From contig JBMNOU010000006.1 in assembly GCA_050943215.1 (NCBI GenBank), positions 1 through 54,307 on the forward strand: a stretch of DNA of 54,307 bases, in the 5' to 3' direction. Made by a program: the position numbers and the translations under genes. Below the pieces are notes generated by a model that saw only the letters and a list, made by a program, of their open reading frames with translations, had not been told where the DNA came from and ran no database searches. The stretch comes from Christensenellales bacterium. GTDB taxonomy: Bacteria > Bacillota > Clostridia > Christensenellales > SZUA-584. Below are positions 36,825-47,096 of the stretch, piece by piece. The stretch's first letter is position 1, and the number at the start of each line of letters is the position of its first letter.

Positions 36825-37768
36825 CAAATAACACACAGGAAACCTTTTTAGAAGCCGCCGCAAACAAAAATATATCCGGCGCGTATCTGATCGTATGCAG
36901 TCGGATTAGTGTCGCAGATCGGTTGGCCAATGCATTTCTTATACGGCTATACTGTAAAAAAGGCGGATGTGGCATATGCACAGACTGCCAAAGAGTCAAG
37001 GAGGGTCATATCGATATAATGCGTCTGACTGCGCCTAAAATCGCGGCATTAAGAGAAGCGATCTCTTTTGTAGCCGAAAAGGCGTATAATGGCAGCCATA
37101 AATGTGTGGTTATAAAAAATGCGGATGATATGACGGATGCCGCAGCAAACAGCATTTTAAAAACATTGGAGCAGCCGCCCAATAATACCGTATTTTTGCT
37201 TGAGGCGCGGGCGGTGACTGCCGTGCTTCCTACTATTGTTTCACGATGCACATCGATATATATTAAACCAGAGAAAGAAGCCAAAAAAACCATTGCAAAA
37301 AAGCTTGGTGTTGATGACATTACCGCTCATATTTTGCGCGATTTGTCCGGTGGTTTTTTGGATGAGGCATTGCTCATATATAGCGATAAAGAGTTTTGGC
37401 AATCACGCGCAGCGGTTCTGGAGATATGCCAAAAGCTGCTAGACCAAAAGAACATGGCCATCAGCGCATATGCCGATTACCTAGAAACCAATAAAGAGCG
37501 TATCAAGCCGCTGCTCTGTGTAATGCAGTCATATTTTATGGACATTCTAATATATAAAAAAACGAAAAATGAACAGATGCTGGTCAACAGAGATAAAACA
37601 AGTCATATTAAGAATGCGGCGCAGCACTTTACAAGCGGTGCAATAAGTAATATGATAAATGTCATACTTAAAGCAGAGAGATGGTTTTTCTTTCCGGTCA
37701 ACTTTCGATTGGCTGTCGAAAAATTGTTTTTTGATATACTGGAGGAAAAGAACAAATGGAAAAAGTAA
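36821..37768 (+). CDS. holB: DNA polymerase III delta' subunit
   Basis: Zn motif, AANS.LKTLE.PP, LPTIVSRC; tmk-holB-yaaT synteny. Confidence 0.9.
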   Translation: MTNNTQETFLEAAANKNISGAYLIVCSRISVADRLANAFLIRLYCKKGGCGICTDCQRVKEGHIDIMRLTAPKIAALREAISFVAEKAYNGSHKCVVIKNADDMTDAAANSILKTLEQPPNNTVFLLEARAVTAVLPTIVSRCTSIYIKPEKEAKKTIAKKLGVDDITAHILRDLSGGFLDEALLIYSDKEFWQSRAAVLEICQKLLDQKNMAISAYADYLETNKERIKPLLCVMQSYFMDILIYKKTKNEQMLVNRDKTSHIKNAAQHFTSGAISNMINVILKAERWFFFPVNFRLAVEKLFFDILEEKNKWKK

Positions 37769-38637
37769 TTGGCGTTAGGTTTAAACGCGTCGGAAAAGTA
37801 TATTATTTCCTTCCCGGAAAAATTCAGTTTAATGAAGGCGACCACGCAATTGTTGAAACCGCGAGAGGTACTGAATACGGCGAAGTGGTCATCCCCGATA
37901 AAGAAGTCGATGAGAAAGACCTGGTAGCGCCTTTAAAGCAGGTTGTTCGAAGGGCCAATTCAAAAGACGATAAAAAGATGAAAGACAACAAACGTAAAGA
38001 AAAGGAAGCGTTTGAGATCTGCGAGAAAAAAATTTTAAGCCATAGCCTTCAAATGAAACTTGTGGATGTGGAATATACCTTTGATAATTCAAAAATCGTG
38101 TTTTATTTTACGGCGGATGGCCGGGTGGATTTTAGAGAATTAGTGAAAGATCTAGCCGGCATGTTTAAAACACGAATTGAGCTTAGGCAAATCGGTGTAA
38201 GGGATGAGGCTAAGATGCTGGGCGGCCTTGGGCCTTGCGGACGCCCTTGCTGCTGTTCCTGTTTTCTCGGAGATTTTAACCCTGTGTCTATAAAAATGGC
38301 GAAAGAGCAAAACCTTTCTCTGTCGCCCACAAAAATCAGCGGGCTTTGCGGAAGACTGATGTGCTGCCTTAATTATGAGCACGAGCATTATCGGGAAACC
38401 CGACGACGCATGCCAAAACAGGGCAGTATTATTGATACGCCCGACGGAAAAGGCATCGTGATCGAGAATAATGCCATTACTGAGAAAATCCGAGTCAAGA
38501 TAACACTGCCGGACGAAAGTATTGACGTAAAAACCTTTGATTTAGAGCAGATTAAATTCTCAGATGTTAATGGCCTTAACGATACGGATAATGATATTGA
38601 TATCGATGAAGAAATAAAATCACTGCTGGATGAATAA
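37756..38637 (+). CDS. yaaT: PSP1-domain protein RicT/YaaT
   Basis: FTADGRVDFRELVKDL, RQIGVRDEA, SG.CGRLMCCL. Confidence 0.95.
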   Translation: MEKVIGVRFKRVGKVYYFLPGKIQFNEGDHAIVETARGTEYGEVVIPDKEVDEKDLVAPLKQVVRRANSKDDKKMKDNKRKEKEAFEICEKKILSHSLQMKLVDVEYTFDNSKIVFYFTADGRVDFRELVKDLAGMFKTRIELRQIGVRDEAKMLGGLGPCGRPCCCSCFLGDFNPVSIKMAKEQNLSLSPTKISGLCGRLMCCLNYEHEHYRETRRRMPKQGSIIDTPDGKGIVIENNAITEKIRVKITLPDESIDVKTFDLEQIKFSDVNGLNDTDNDIDIDEEIKSLLDE

Positions 38638-38756
38638 GAATATGGTTATTCACTAAAAATACTTACTTAATTCATCAATAATTATCACCATCTGTTCTTG
38701 CTTTTTCTTGTGTATATGTTTAAAATACATGTATACAATCTACGGAGGTGAATCAA

Positions 38757-38927
38757 ATGGCATATATTATTACAGACGCTTGTGTTTCCTGTGGAGCTTG
38801 CGAAAGCGAATGTCCCGTCGAAGCAATCTCTGAGGGCGATGGCAAATTCGTTATTGATGCGGATCTTTGCATAGATTGCGGATCATGTGCAGATACATGT
38901 CCTAGCGAAGCAATTGAGCAAGGCTAA
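38757..38927 (+). CDS. 2[4Fe-4S] clostridial-type ferredoxin (not in ORF track)
   Basis: MAYIITDACVSCGACESECPVEAISEGDGKFVIDADLCIDCGSCADTCPSEAIEQG; GGAGG RBS. Confidence 0.95.
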   Translation: MAYIITDACVSCGACESECPVEAISEGDGKFVIDADLCIDCGSCADTCPSEAIEQG

Positions 38928-38940
38928 TCAAATTAAAGTG

Positions 38941-38970
38941 AAAAGGCCTGATGAAAAGGCCTTTTTGTTT
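38941..38970. terminator. Rho-independent terminator
   Basis: AAAAGGCCT-gatgaaa-AGGCCTTTTT. Confidence 0.75.
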
Positions 38971-39006
38971 TCAATGTTATTCTTGTTGATTTATGTATAC
39001 AAAATT

Positions 39007-39918
39007 TCATCGCATACTTTTTTCGTGTTTACTGTCAATTATGTACTTCCCGTCAAGCCTATAAACCGATTTTCCGCAATACGCATTCAACAGCGTTAAA
39101 TCAAAGCTATTTTTCTTTGGGTAGATCAATACGTCCTGGATATCAAATAAATCAGCTTCATTCGTATAGACAATTGTCTCGTTTAACTCAAAGCAATCGC
39201 AGGCACAGGCTTCGATATCATCCCCTAATGCATAATCGTTTTTTAGCGGCACAGATGCAATGATTTTGACACAGCCTTGAATATTTGTTTTAACCGGCAT
39301 CAAGCTGGCATTATTCAGACCGGAAATGCTAGTCTGATGCGCAATAAAGACGCCCCTTTGTGTAATAGATACATTCGCCATGCCTGCCTGAAGCGGCTTA
39401 TACCCGTCCGAAACGATAATATACAAACAAAATGTCTTTTCAATTGGCGTTTTCCATATCTTGTTGCCGGCAAAATCTTTATTCATATGAATTTTTTCGG
39501 TGGAACGGTATATGGTTTCATCTGATATGTATGCGACCCTAATATACCCTGTGGGCAGTTCTTTATCAAAAATCACCCGAAATTCAACGCCCGGATCATT
39601 TGCCTTTTTTCCAACACTTTCTTCGATAATGAATCCTGAGATACCGATGTCACCGGTGAGTTCATAAGTTATTTTTTGTGCAGCGGCTGGAACCCAATCT
39701 CCATTGCCTTCACTTTTTTCGCATGATACAATATCCACCATATCCGTTATCTCTTGAACTTCTTGAGAGCATACTTCTAAAACCCATCTTGACAGATCCG
39801 ACTCAGCAGCACCGTTACCGGACACATACACTGCTACCGTTGTTGTTCCTTCAAAACAAGCATACTCCGTTAATGTAAACGTAAAACCTTCAAGCGTAAT
39901 TTGATTATCTTCATTCAT
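39007..39918 (-). CDS. Hypothetical protein, candidate sporulation/coat protein
   Basis: AAAGGAGG RBS places start at 39918; sigK-type promoter upstream. Confidence 0.6.
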   Translation of the reverse strand: MNEDNQITLEGFTFTLTEYACFEGTTTVAVYVSGNGAAESDLSRWVLEVCSQEVQEITDMVDIVSCEKSEGNGDWVPAAAQKITYELTGDIGISGFIIEESVGKKANDPGVEFRVIFDKELPTGYIRVAYISDETIYRSTEKIHMNKDFAGNKIWKTPIEKTFCLYIIVSDGYKPLQAGMANVSITQRGVFIAHQTSISGLNNASLMPVKTNIQGCVKIIASVPLKNDYALGDDIEACACDCFELNETIVYTNEADLFDIQDVLIYPKKNSFDLTLLNAYCGKSVYRLDGKYIIDSKHEKSMR

Positions 39919-39956
39919 ATCTAAACCTCCTTTGAGAGCTAGCCCGAGACTATAAT

Positions 39957-39984
39957 AATGTATGCAAGGCTCTATCGTGATGTG
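39957..39984 (-). promoter_or_regulatory. SigK-type promoter
   Basis: CACA-16-CATACATT matches mACm-N16-CATAnnnT. Confidence 0.5.
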
Positions 39985-40129
39985 CAAATTGTCTGCTCCA
40001 TGAAAAAGGCCTATTGTATTGAATTAAAAACAGCATGACAAAGAGCAAATAATTTTATGGCATATGGATTTTTTAAAAATGTATATGCAAAGTAATCTTG
40101 CTATGTTATAATACTATCGTTTCACGTTT

Positions 40130-40203
40130 GCGGGTGTAACTCAATGGTAGAGTTCTAGCTTCCCAAGCTAGCTACGTGGGTTCGATTCCCATCACCCGCT
40201 CCA
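40130..40203 (+). tRNA. tRNA-Gly(CCC)
   Basis: GCGGGTG acceptor stem, CTAGC-TTCCCAA-GCTAG anticodon arm, GGTTCGATTCC, CCA end. Confidence 0.97.
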
Positions 40204-40293
40204 GCTTTTTTATTATTAACATAATATGCAAAAAGCGGCTGCGCATCAACCGCTTTGTTTAATTATATGACAAATGGGTTTTAATCCTTCTCC

Positions 40294-40563
40294 TTATTTG
40301 CCCGAGTCAGATTTAGATTTTTTTATTGTCTGTATATAAATTTGATTGGCGAATACTGTTACGCCTGTCACCAATATGCCCTGCAATATCCCGGATAGTT
40401 TCATATCGGCTAGAAAAAACCCGCCTACTATGCCAAGTCCGAGCAAAATCCACGGAATGAGCCAATCAGCGATATGGGGTGTTTTTTTTAGAAACAACCC
40501 AATTACATATAAAACAGGTATCAGAATATAGGCTTCGCTGATAATATAATCGAAAACATTCAT
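40294..40563 (-). CDS. Phage holin-family membrane protein
   Basis: LIPVLYVIG.FLK.TP.I.DW.IP; QGILVTG..VF.NQ. Confidence 0.8.
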   Translation of the reverse strand: MNVFDYIISEAYILIPVLYVIGLFLKKTPHIADWLIPWILLGLGIVGGFFLADMKLSGILQGILVTGVTVFANQIYIQTIKKSKSDSGK

Positions 40564-40806
40564 GAGTGAAACCTCCTTGTTTCTCTAGTTAAAACAGGTT
40601 TTCAAAAATCGAACTTACCCTCAAGCAGTAATGCAAACTCAAATAATCCTCTTTCATTAATATGCAAACTGGCACCGTATTAGTTCGTTAATTGCCGAAT
40701 GAATGTGTTCACTTTTTGTTTTAGCAGAAAGGTTGCTATTTATATAGCTGAATGATAGAATATTTTTAAACTAATTACATTTTATTAGGAAAAGGCTATT
40801 TTCATT

Positions 40807-41103
40807 ATGAAAAATGACATCGGGCTAAAAATAAAAAAGATGCGTCAGATCAAAAACATCTCCCAGAGTCAACTTGCAAAGAAGGCGGGAATCGCCCAAT
40901 CAACCCTCTCATTTATAGAAAACGGGAAAAAGAATCCTCAGTTTGATACACTATCTGCAATATGTAAAGGCCTTGAGACTAGTATATTAGAGATTTTGAT
41001 ATATGAAGAGAAGGATAGAAATATTAAAATTTTTGAACAACACGAACAAGGGCAAAATATCATAAAGGTTAATAGGATTAATCAAAATGTACCGGAATTC
41101 TGA
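40807..41103 (+). CDS. XRE-family regulator
   Basis: ISQSQLAKKAGIAQSTLS.IENG..NP. Confidence 0.85.
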   Translation: MKNDIGLKIKKMRQIKNISQSQLAKKAGIAQSTLSFIENGKKNPQFDTLSAICKGLETSILEILIYEEKDRNIKIFEQHEQGQNIIKVNRINQNVPEF

Positions 41104-41261
41104 TCATCGGATGATGCCTCCCGAAGCGGTTAAAGAATTAAAGTAGGCAACCCAAATAGTTTAGTGTTCTATCGTAAATATGGAAAGAATATGTTCGAAA
41201 AAAGGCCTCTCAGCTTAACCGGTTGATATAATCAACGGTTCCTAACAGAAAGCGAGAAATA

Positions 41262-42098
41262 ATGATGAAGATATATGCGCTGATAGAAGAGCATAAACGA
41301 AAAAACACTGCGCTTATTGCAGAGCATGGTTTTTGTTTGTATTTTGAACATGCCGGCAAACACATACTTTTTGATACGGGCCGCTCCGGTTCGTTTATCT
41401 ATAACGCGACGCTTTTGGGTATTGATTTGTCCAAAGTCGATGCGTGCGTAATCTCACACGCGCACAAAGGCCACACGGGCGGCCTCACTCCTTTTCTTGA
41501 TATCAATAACCACGCCAAAGTTTATATGAAGCGAACGGCAGCAGATGATTGTTATACAAAATACTATTCCCGATATGAAAGATCTGGTATTGAACCTTCA
41601 TTTTTTAAAAAAATCTGGGATAGAATCGAATTTATTGATAGCGATATGAAGATCGCGAACGGCGTAACTGCTTCCAGTGTTAACAAATACAGACGCTACC
41701 CACTTTATTCTTCTTTGATGTACAAAAAAAATAATCATGAGTGGGTGCGGGACGATCTTACCCAAGAACTTTTTTTGGCGATTAATACGGATGACACCGT
41801 TGTTGTCCTGACCGGCTGTTCTCATCAGGGTATCATTAACATACTGATGACCGCCGAAAAAAAGTTCGGCCACGTAACCGGCGTTATCGGCGGGTTTCAC
41901 CTAGAAGGTGCTAAACGTTTGGGCATACGGATAAAAAAAGAACCGTATGTTGAATTACGTGCAATCATAAAATATTTAAACAATCATAAAATCAAGAAAG
42001 TGTATACAAGGCATTGCACCGGTGAAAAACCCTTTGAGAAGCTTGAACTGCTGGCCCGCGCAAAAAAATTATATTCAGGAGACGTGATCGAAATATAG
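41262..42098 (+). CDS. MBL-fold metallohydrolase
   Basis: AEHG, LFDTG, SHAHKGH, GCSH.G, GGFHL, HCTG. Confidence 0.88.
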   Translation: MMKIYALIEEHKRKNTALIAEHGFCLYFEHAGKHILFDTGRSGSFIYNATLLGIDLSKVDACVISHAHKGHTGGLTPFLDINNHAKVYMKRTAADDCYTKYYSRYERSGIEPSFFKKIWDRIEFIDSDMKIANGVTASSVNKYRRYPLYSSLMYKKNNHEWVRDDLTQELFLAINTDDTVVVLTGCSHQGIINILMTAEKKFGHVTGVIGGFHLEGAKRLGIRIKKEPYVELRAIIKYLNNHKIKKVYTRHCTGEKPFEKLELLARAKKLYSGDVIEI

Positions 42099-42100
42099 CG

Positions 42101-42373
42101 ATGAATACACAAATACAGCAACGCATAGCAGGTATGGTTAAAAATATGCGCTTTGATAGAAAAAAACGGATAACAAAAAAAGAAAGAGCACTGTATGCCG
42201 GATTAGAAGAAAAGGTTGAGAAGATAATTATAGATTTAAATAAGCTACACCTGAGGCTTTGGCATGCTGTCTATAAAAAAGATTACCATTCACTGAACCT
42301 AGTTGACGCAAAGCAAATGCTAAGACAAATTTCACAGAGCATTAGTAACATTATAGACGAGGATTTAAGTTAA
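42101..42373 (+). CDS. Hypothetical protein
   Basis: Directly follows the MBL gene. Confidence 0.5.
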   Translation: MNTQIQQRIAGMVKNMRFDRKKRITKKERALYAGLEEKVEKIIIDLNKLHLRLWHAVYKKDYHSLNLVDAKQMLRQISQSISNIIDEDLS

Positions 42374-42385
42374 TTAGCAGCAAGA

Positions 42386-42733
42386 TCAATCCAAAATGAT
42401 AACGGCAAGAATTATTAATGTTTCGTCTTTTTCGTTGGATACCGCATGATACTTCCCACCTTTGCACACATTGCAGTCTCCCTTGCGAAAAGGCCTTAAA
42501 ATACCGTTATCGTCTAGTGCTCCCTCACCTTGCAGCACATAATAAATTTCCGTCTCCCCTAAGTGTTCGTGTCTTCCTACGCTGCATCCTTTTTCAAGGC
42601 TCATTTGTGAAAATAGTCGTGATTTTGCCGGCAACTCTTCTGAAGGAACGATGTGTAAGAAGTCAGTTATGCCATTTCCTCCACGAAGATGTTCTCTTTG
42701 TTGAACCTGCATCTGATCGTGCTGAATATACAT
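42386..42733 (-). CDS. Cupin domain protein
   Basis: G.H.H..E.EIYYVL.G; GD......G..H. Confidence 0.88.
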   Translation of the reverse strand: MYIQHDQMQVQQREHLRGGNGITDFLHIVPSEELPAKSRLFSQMSLEKGCSVGRHEHLGETEIYYVLQGEGALDDNGILRPFRKGDCNVCKGGKYHAVSNEKDETLIILAVIILD

Positions 42734-42754
42734 TTTATCACTCCTTAAAACGGA

Positions 42755-44026
42755 TTATCTTTCCACACGGATTGTATTCGCCACGCTCAAAACCTCGGGA
42801 AGATATTTGATATCGTTTACCGCACGTTTAACGGATATCTCCTTTGCCCGGTGCGTAATGAATATTAGCGGAACGCTTTCTTCGCTTTGTCCTTTTTGCA
42901 TAACAGATGCAAGGCTCACATTATAGGCCCCAAAAACACTTGATATCTTCGCCAGCACACCGGGAGAATCCTGAGCGATGATGCGCAGGAAGAATTCGCT
43001 TTCCCAATTGTTTTCAAAAGATATCTCGGACGATACCGTATCTTCGTTATAAAAAGTTGTATACCTATGATTTTGCCTGCCTGCCGCGTAAATAACATCC
43101 GAAACAACCGCACTTGCCGTAGGCATATCTCCGGCTCCTCTTCCGTATAGCATGATGTCGTCAACGATATTGCCGTGCAGAAAAACTGCGTTAAACGCGC
43201 CTTTAACGGAAGCTAGCGGATGCGTTAAAGGAATCATCGTGGGATGGACCCTCGCTTCTATCGTATTGCCCCTTTTCTTCCCGATTGCCAGCAGCTTTAG
43301 CGTATACCCTAGCTCGTTTCCATACATGATATCTTCCTGCGCAACATTTGTGATCCCTTCACGGTATATATATTCAACAGGTACCCGCACGTGAAACGCC
43401 ATGGAGGATAATATAGAAAGCTTGTACATTGCATCAAAACCCTCTACATCATTCTTTGGGTTCGCCTCTGCCATACCAAGCTGCTGCGCCTCTTTTAGAA
43501 CACTTTCAAAGCTAGCCTTTTTTTCTTCCATCTTGGACAATATATAATTTGTTGTACCGTTGATAATGCCCATAATAGATGTAATCTCATTGGCCTGCAG
43601 ACCATCCCATATTGTCCTTAGAAGTGGGATGCCACCGCCAACGCTTGCTTCAAAATATAAACCAGCACCGCTTTTTTTTGCAACCGCATTCAGTTCGGGC
43701 CAATGTCTCGCAAGAAGCTCCTTGTTTGCGGTAACAACAGTCTTGCCTGCATCAAGAGCTGCAATAATAAACTCCTTAGCGGGGCTGATACCGCCTATAA
43801 GCTCGATAACGATATGAATATCCTTATCATTAACGATATCCTCATAAAAATCCTTCGCCTTAAGCTCTTTAGGTATATCGATTGCATAATTCAAAGCCAG
43901 CACCTTTTTTAGGTTTAGCGATAGGCCTTCCTTGTGTTGTATACTGCTTTTCTGCGAGGCTATCGTTTTATAAACGCCAGAGCCAACCGTCCCAAGCCCG
44001 ACAAGTGCAATATTCACATCTTTCAT
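42755..44026 (-). CDS. hom: Homoserine dehydrogenase with ACT domain
   Basis: GLGTVGSG, VTANK, EASVGGGIP, NGTTNYIL. Confidence 0.96.
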   Translation of the reverse strand: MKDVNIALVGLGTVGSGVYKTIASQKSSIQHKEGLSLNLKKVLALNYAIDIPKELKAKDFYEDIVNDKDIHIVIELIGGISPAKEFIIAALDAGKTVVTANKELLARHWPELNAVAKKSGAGLYFEASVGGGIPLLRTIWDGLQANEITSIMGIINGTTNYILSKMEEKKASFESVLKEAQQLGMAEANPKNDVEGFDAMYKLSILSSMAFHVRVPVEYIYREGITNVAQEDIMYGNELGYTLKLLAIGKKRGNTIEARVHPTMIPLTHPLASVKGAFNAVFLHGNIVDDIMLYGRGAGDMPTASAVVSDVIYAAGRQNHRYTTFYNEDTVSSEISFENNWESEFFLRIIAQDSPGVLAKISSVFGAYNVSLASVMQKGQSEESVPLIFITHRAKEISVKRAVNDIKYLPEVLSVANTIRVER

Positions 44027-44823
44027 AATACTACTTTTTCCCTTCGTGTTCTGGCTTTTTTGGCATTGTTTCGATAAACGATATCAAGACCAATAAGCGT
44101 AAGCAAACTATTGATCTCATCGATATTACTCGTTTCCTGTGCAATCAGTTTGGCCAATCCGCCAGTCGCGATAACTCTCGGATCTCCGCCGACCTCTTTT
44201 TTCATCCGCCGAATGATGTAATCTACTTGACCGACATATCCATATATGATGCCCGCCTGCATGCCTGTTACTGTGCTTGTGGCGATCACCGTATCTGGCT
44301 TTACGAGCTCGACCCTTGGCAATTTGGCTGAGTTTACCGTCAGCGCCTCGGCCGAGATTTTAAGTCCGGGACAGATTGCTCCACCCAAAAAATCCCCTTC
44401 TTTTGACACAACGCCAAACGTTGTTGCCGTGCCAAAATCCACAACGATGCAGGGACCACCGTAAAGAGTATAAGCCGCAATCGCGCTGACGATCCTATCC
44501 GCTCCCAGCTCTTTCGGGTTATCGTATTTAATATTGATACCCGTTTTTATTCCCGGCCCTACAATCATAGCCGTTTTTCTAAAATAGATTGCGCACATAT
44601 GCTGCAGCGTATAGTTAATAGTCGGAATCACGGACGCGATGATGATCCCTTCAACGTCCTCCGGCTTGTGACTGCCGTGCGTGAAGAACGCCAAAATACG
44701 AATACCGTATTCGTCCGCAGTCCGGTCAACATCCGTCTTCATACGCCATGAATTAACAAGCTTTCCGCCAGTGAACAAACCGCATTTAATATTGCTGTTA
44801 CCAACATCGAGTACAAATACCAT
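44023..44823 (-). CDS. coaX: Type III pantothenate kinase
   Basis: DVGNSN, LGADR, DFGTATT, ATGG. Confidence 0.96.
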   Translation of the reverse strand: MVFVLDVGNSNIKCGLFTGGKLVNSWRMKTDVDRTADEYGIRILAFFTHGSHKPEDVEGIIIASVIPTINYTLQHMCAIYFRKTAMIVGPGIKTGINIKYDNPKELGADRIVSAIAAYTLYGGPCIVVDFGTATTFGVVSKEGDFLGGAICPGLKISAEALTVNSAKLPRVELVKPDTVIATSTVTGMQAGIIYGYVGQVDYIIRRMKKEVGGDPRVIATGGLAKLIAQETSNIDEINSLLTLIGLDIVYRNNAKKARTRREKVVL

Positions 44824-44860
44824 CTATTTCTCCGTTTTTTATAAACTTTTTTATCTACCT

Positions 44861-45466
44861 TTATGCTTTTTTCACCCTGTGCGCGTTCACTTTTTTCAGC
44901 GGTACAATGACAGCACCTGCAACAATTGCAGCAATCACAATCTCGATAATGGCATTGAGCCCGCCCCATGCGACAAGAAACGTAGTATAACTGCCACCAA
45001 CAGTTTCATTGCCGTGAAATGCCAGATATATACCCGAAAGCACAAGCAGGGAATGCACAAATGTACCCGCTGCCGCTGCGATACAAGCCGAAAGCACCAG
45101 TCCCCTGCGCCGTTTTAGCATTTCAAACAGCCATGCCGCAAATACAGGAAAGATGATGCGGGGCACAACGCAAATCAGCAAACTCCAGATGTTCCCGTTT
45201 GGGACAAAGGGGCTGAAGGCAAAAGCAACAAGCGGGTTGGGCGGCATGGATGTCCATATGATCAGCGCGCTAAGCCCCATTACCGCTCCTATAAAAGCTC
45301 CGGCCTTTTTGCCCAGAGTAAGCGCCACAATCAGCGCTGGAATATGCGCGAGTGTCGCAACGATTCCGGGGGATATCGGTAACGACCCAAGTACTGTGAA
45401 ACAAAACAACAGTTCAATCGCTGTAAACAGCGCCATCTGGACCCAAAAAAGTGTCTTGTTTTTCAT
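44861..45466 (-). CDS. ECF transporter S component, PanT-like
   Basis: T.LG..P, HIP, VPRI motifs; upstream of coaX. Confidence 0.8.
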   Translation of the reverse strand: MKNKTLFWVQMALFTAIELLFCFTVLGSLPISPGIVATLAHIPALIVALTLGKKAGAFIGAVMGLSALIIWTSMPPNPLVAFAFSPFVPNGNIWSLLICVVPRIIFPVFAAWLFEMLKRRRGLVLSACIAAAAGTFVHSLLVLSGIYLAFHGNETVGGSYTTFLVAWGGLNAIIEIVIAAIVAGAVIVPLKKVNAHRVKKA

Positions 45467-45473
45467 TTTTACC

Positions 45474-45582
45474 TCCGTTCGGATTTCGGATTTATCCCGA
45501 ATACCCGTCGTTTGATTTATTTGGCTTTTTTATATGTTGTGTAGCGCTGCGTTCCCGCATGCACTCACAAACAAAAAGCCTA
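45474..45582 (-). promoter_or_regulatory. Two-hairpin leader, pan RNA motif-like
   Basis: Two bulged-A hairpins between TATAAT (45594-45589) and the RBS of panT-coaX. Confidence 0.55.
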
Positions 45583-45627
45583 GACTGTATTATACCAACT
45601 GCGCTTTAGAAGCGCAATCACAAATTT

Positions 45628-46935
45628 CTATTCATCTTTGCGCATATATCTTCTTATTTCTTTGATTTTCTTCTCATACCCTTCATCCGACGGCTCGTAA
45701 TACACCCTACCTTTCAGGTTGTCCGGAAGATACTGTTGCGGGATGTAATGCCGATCATAATCGTGCGGATACCTGTACCCTTTTCCGTTTCCTAACGATT
45801 TGGCACCATGATAGCTCGTATCCCTCAAATGCAGCGGAACGGGCACCTGATAAGCGTTTTCCGCATCTGAAAAAGCGCTGTCCACTGCGGCAACCACCGC
45901 ATTTGATTTAGATGATTCGCATAGGAATATAATCGCCTGAGCGATGGAGAGCCGCGCTTCCGGCATGCCGACTAATTCAAGCGCCTGAGCCGCTGCAACA
46001 GCTTGAGTCATCGCAGATGGATTGGCAAGCCCGATATCCTCGCTTGCGTGTGCGATGATGCGCCTGACGATCAGTCTTGGGTCAACGCCTGCATAGATAA
46101 GCCGCCCAAACCAGAAGAGAGCCGCATTCGAGTCCGAACCGCGCAGCGATTTGCAAAAAGCGCTTAGCATGTTGTAATATTCCTCATCATTACATCTGAC
46201 TGCACGACGCTGTATCGACTGCTCGGCCGTCTCGAGACCAATGAATACGGTACCATCCCTATTCGGCGGAGTTGTCAGCACAGCCAGCTCAACTGCGTTT
46301 AGAGCGCATCGAGCATCGCCGTTGGCGATACTTGCAATATGATTGAGCGCCTGGGGCGCCATGCTGACTTTGAGAGCCCCAAAACCCCTTTCCTTATCAG
46401 AAAGCGCCCTGTTAATAATCTCGATTACGTCATCTTTTGACAATGCAAAAAGCTGGAAAAGGCGGCAGCGGCTGACGATCGCACTGGTCATGCTGACCAT
46501 CGGATTTTCGGTGGTCGAGCCGATAAATCGTATGATCCCTTTTTCAATTGCAGGCAGTATGCTGTCCGATTGCGTTTTTGACCAGCGGTGGCACTCATCC
46601 AGCAGCAGATATGTTGCTTTACCATACATCCTAAGCCTTGTTTGTGCCGCGTCAATGATCACCCGAACATCCTTTACACCGCTGGTCACGGCATTCAGTT
46701 TTTCAAATGCGGAACCGGTTGTATTAGCAATCACATGGGCCAGCGCAGTTTTGCCCGACCCGGGAGGCCCGAAAAATATCGATGATGTAAGGCTATCAGT
46801 TTCAATGGCGCGGCGGAGCAGCTTTCCCTTGCCAACAATATGAGTCTGGCCGGAAAACTCATCAATTATCCTCGGTCTCATCCTATCGGCCAATGGCGCT
46901 TTGTTATTGGCAATTTGATCAAACAAATCTTCCAT
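45628..46935 (-). CDS. rarA: Replication-associated recombination protein A
   Basis: PLADRMRP, GPPGSGKT, STTENP, KSLRGSD, ASEDIG.A, YPHDY. Confidence 0.95.
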   Translation of the reverse strand: MEDLFDQIANNKAPLADRMRPRIIDEFSGQTHIVGKGKLLRRAIETDSLTSSIFFGPPGSGKTALAHVIANTTGSAFEKLNAVTSGVKDVRVIIDAAQTRLRMYGKATYLLLDECHRWSKTQSDSILPAIEKGIIRFIGSTTENPMVSMTSAIVSRCRLFQLFALSKDDVIEIINRALSDKERGFGALKVSMAPQALNHIASIANGDARCALNAVELAVLTTPPNRDGTVFIGLETAEQSIQRRAVRCNDEEYYNMLSAFCKSLRGSDSNAALFWFGRLIYAGVDPRLIVRRIIAHASEDIGLANPSAMTQAVAAAQALELVGMPEARLSIAQAIIFLCESSKSNAVVAAVDSAFSDAENAYQVPVPLHLRDTSYHGAKSLGNGKGYRYPHDYDRHYIPQQYLPDNLKGRVYYEPSDEGYEKKIKEIRRYMRKDE

Positions 46936-47096
46936 TATTATGTAAAAGGTTTTCCTTTCATCTTTATATTTAAATAATACCATGACTACGATGATCTGAA
47001 AAGCTGCTTATAAAAAGGCCCAAAGTATCTTTCGATATATACACATCTGCATCACGTATGCTATAATGCTGAATATTTGTGTATTTGAGGTCAATA

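Noticed and set aside
41180-41200. Possible LexA box upstream of the MBL gene
   Set aside because: Only the GTTC half-site matches at the right spacing.
41452-41480. HAHKGH instead of HxHxDH in the MBL protein
   Set aside because: A single motif change; drift cannot be told from altered chemistry without alignments.
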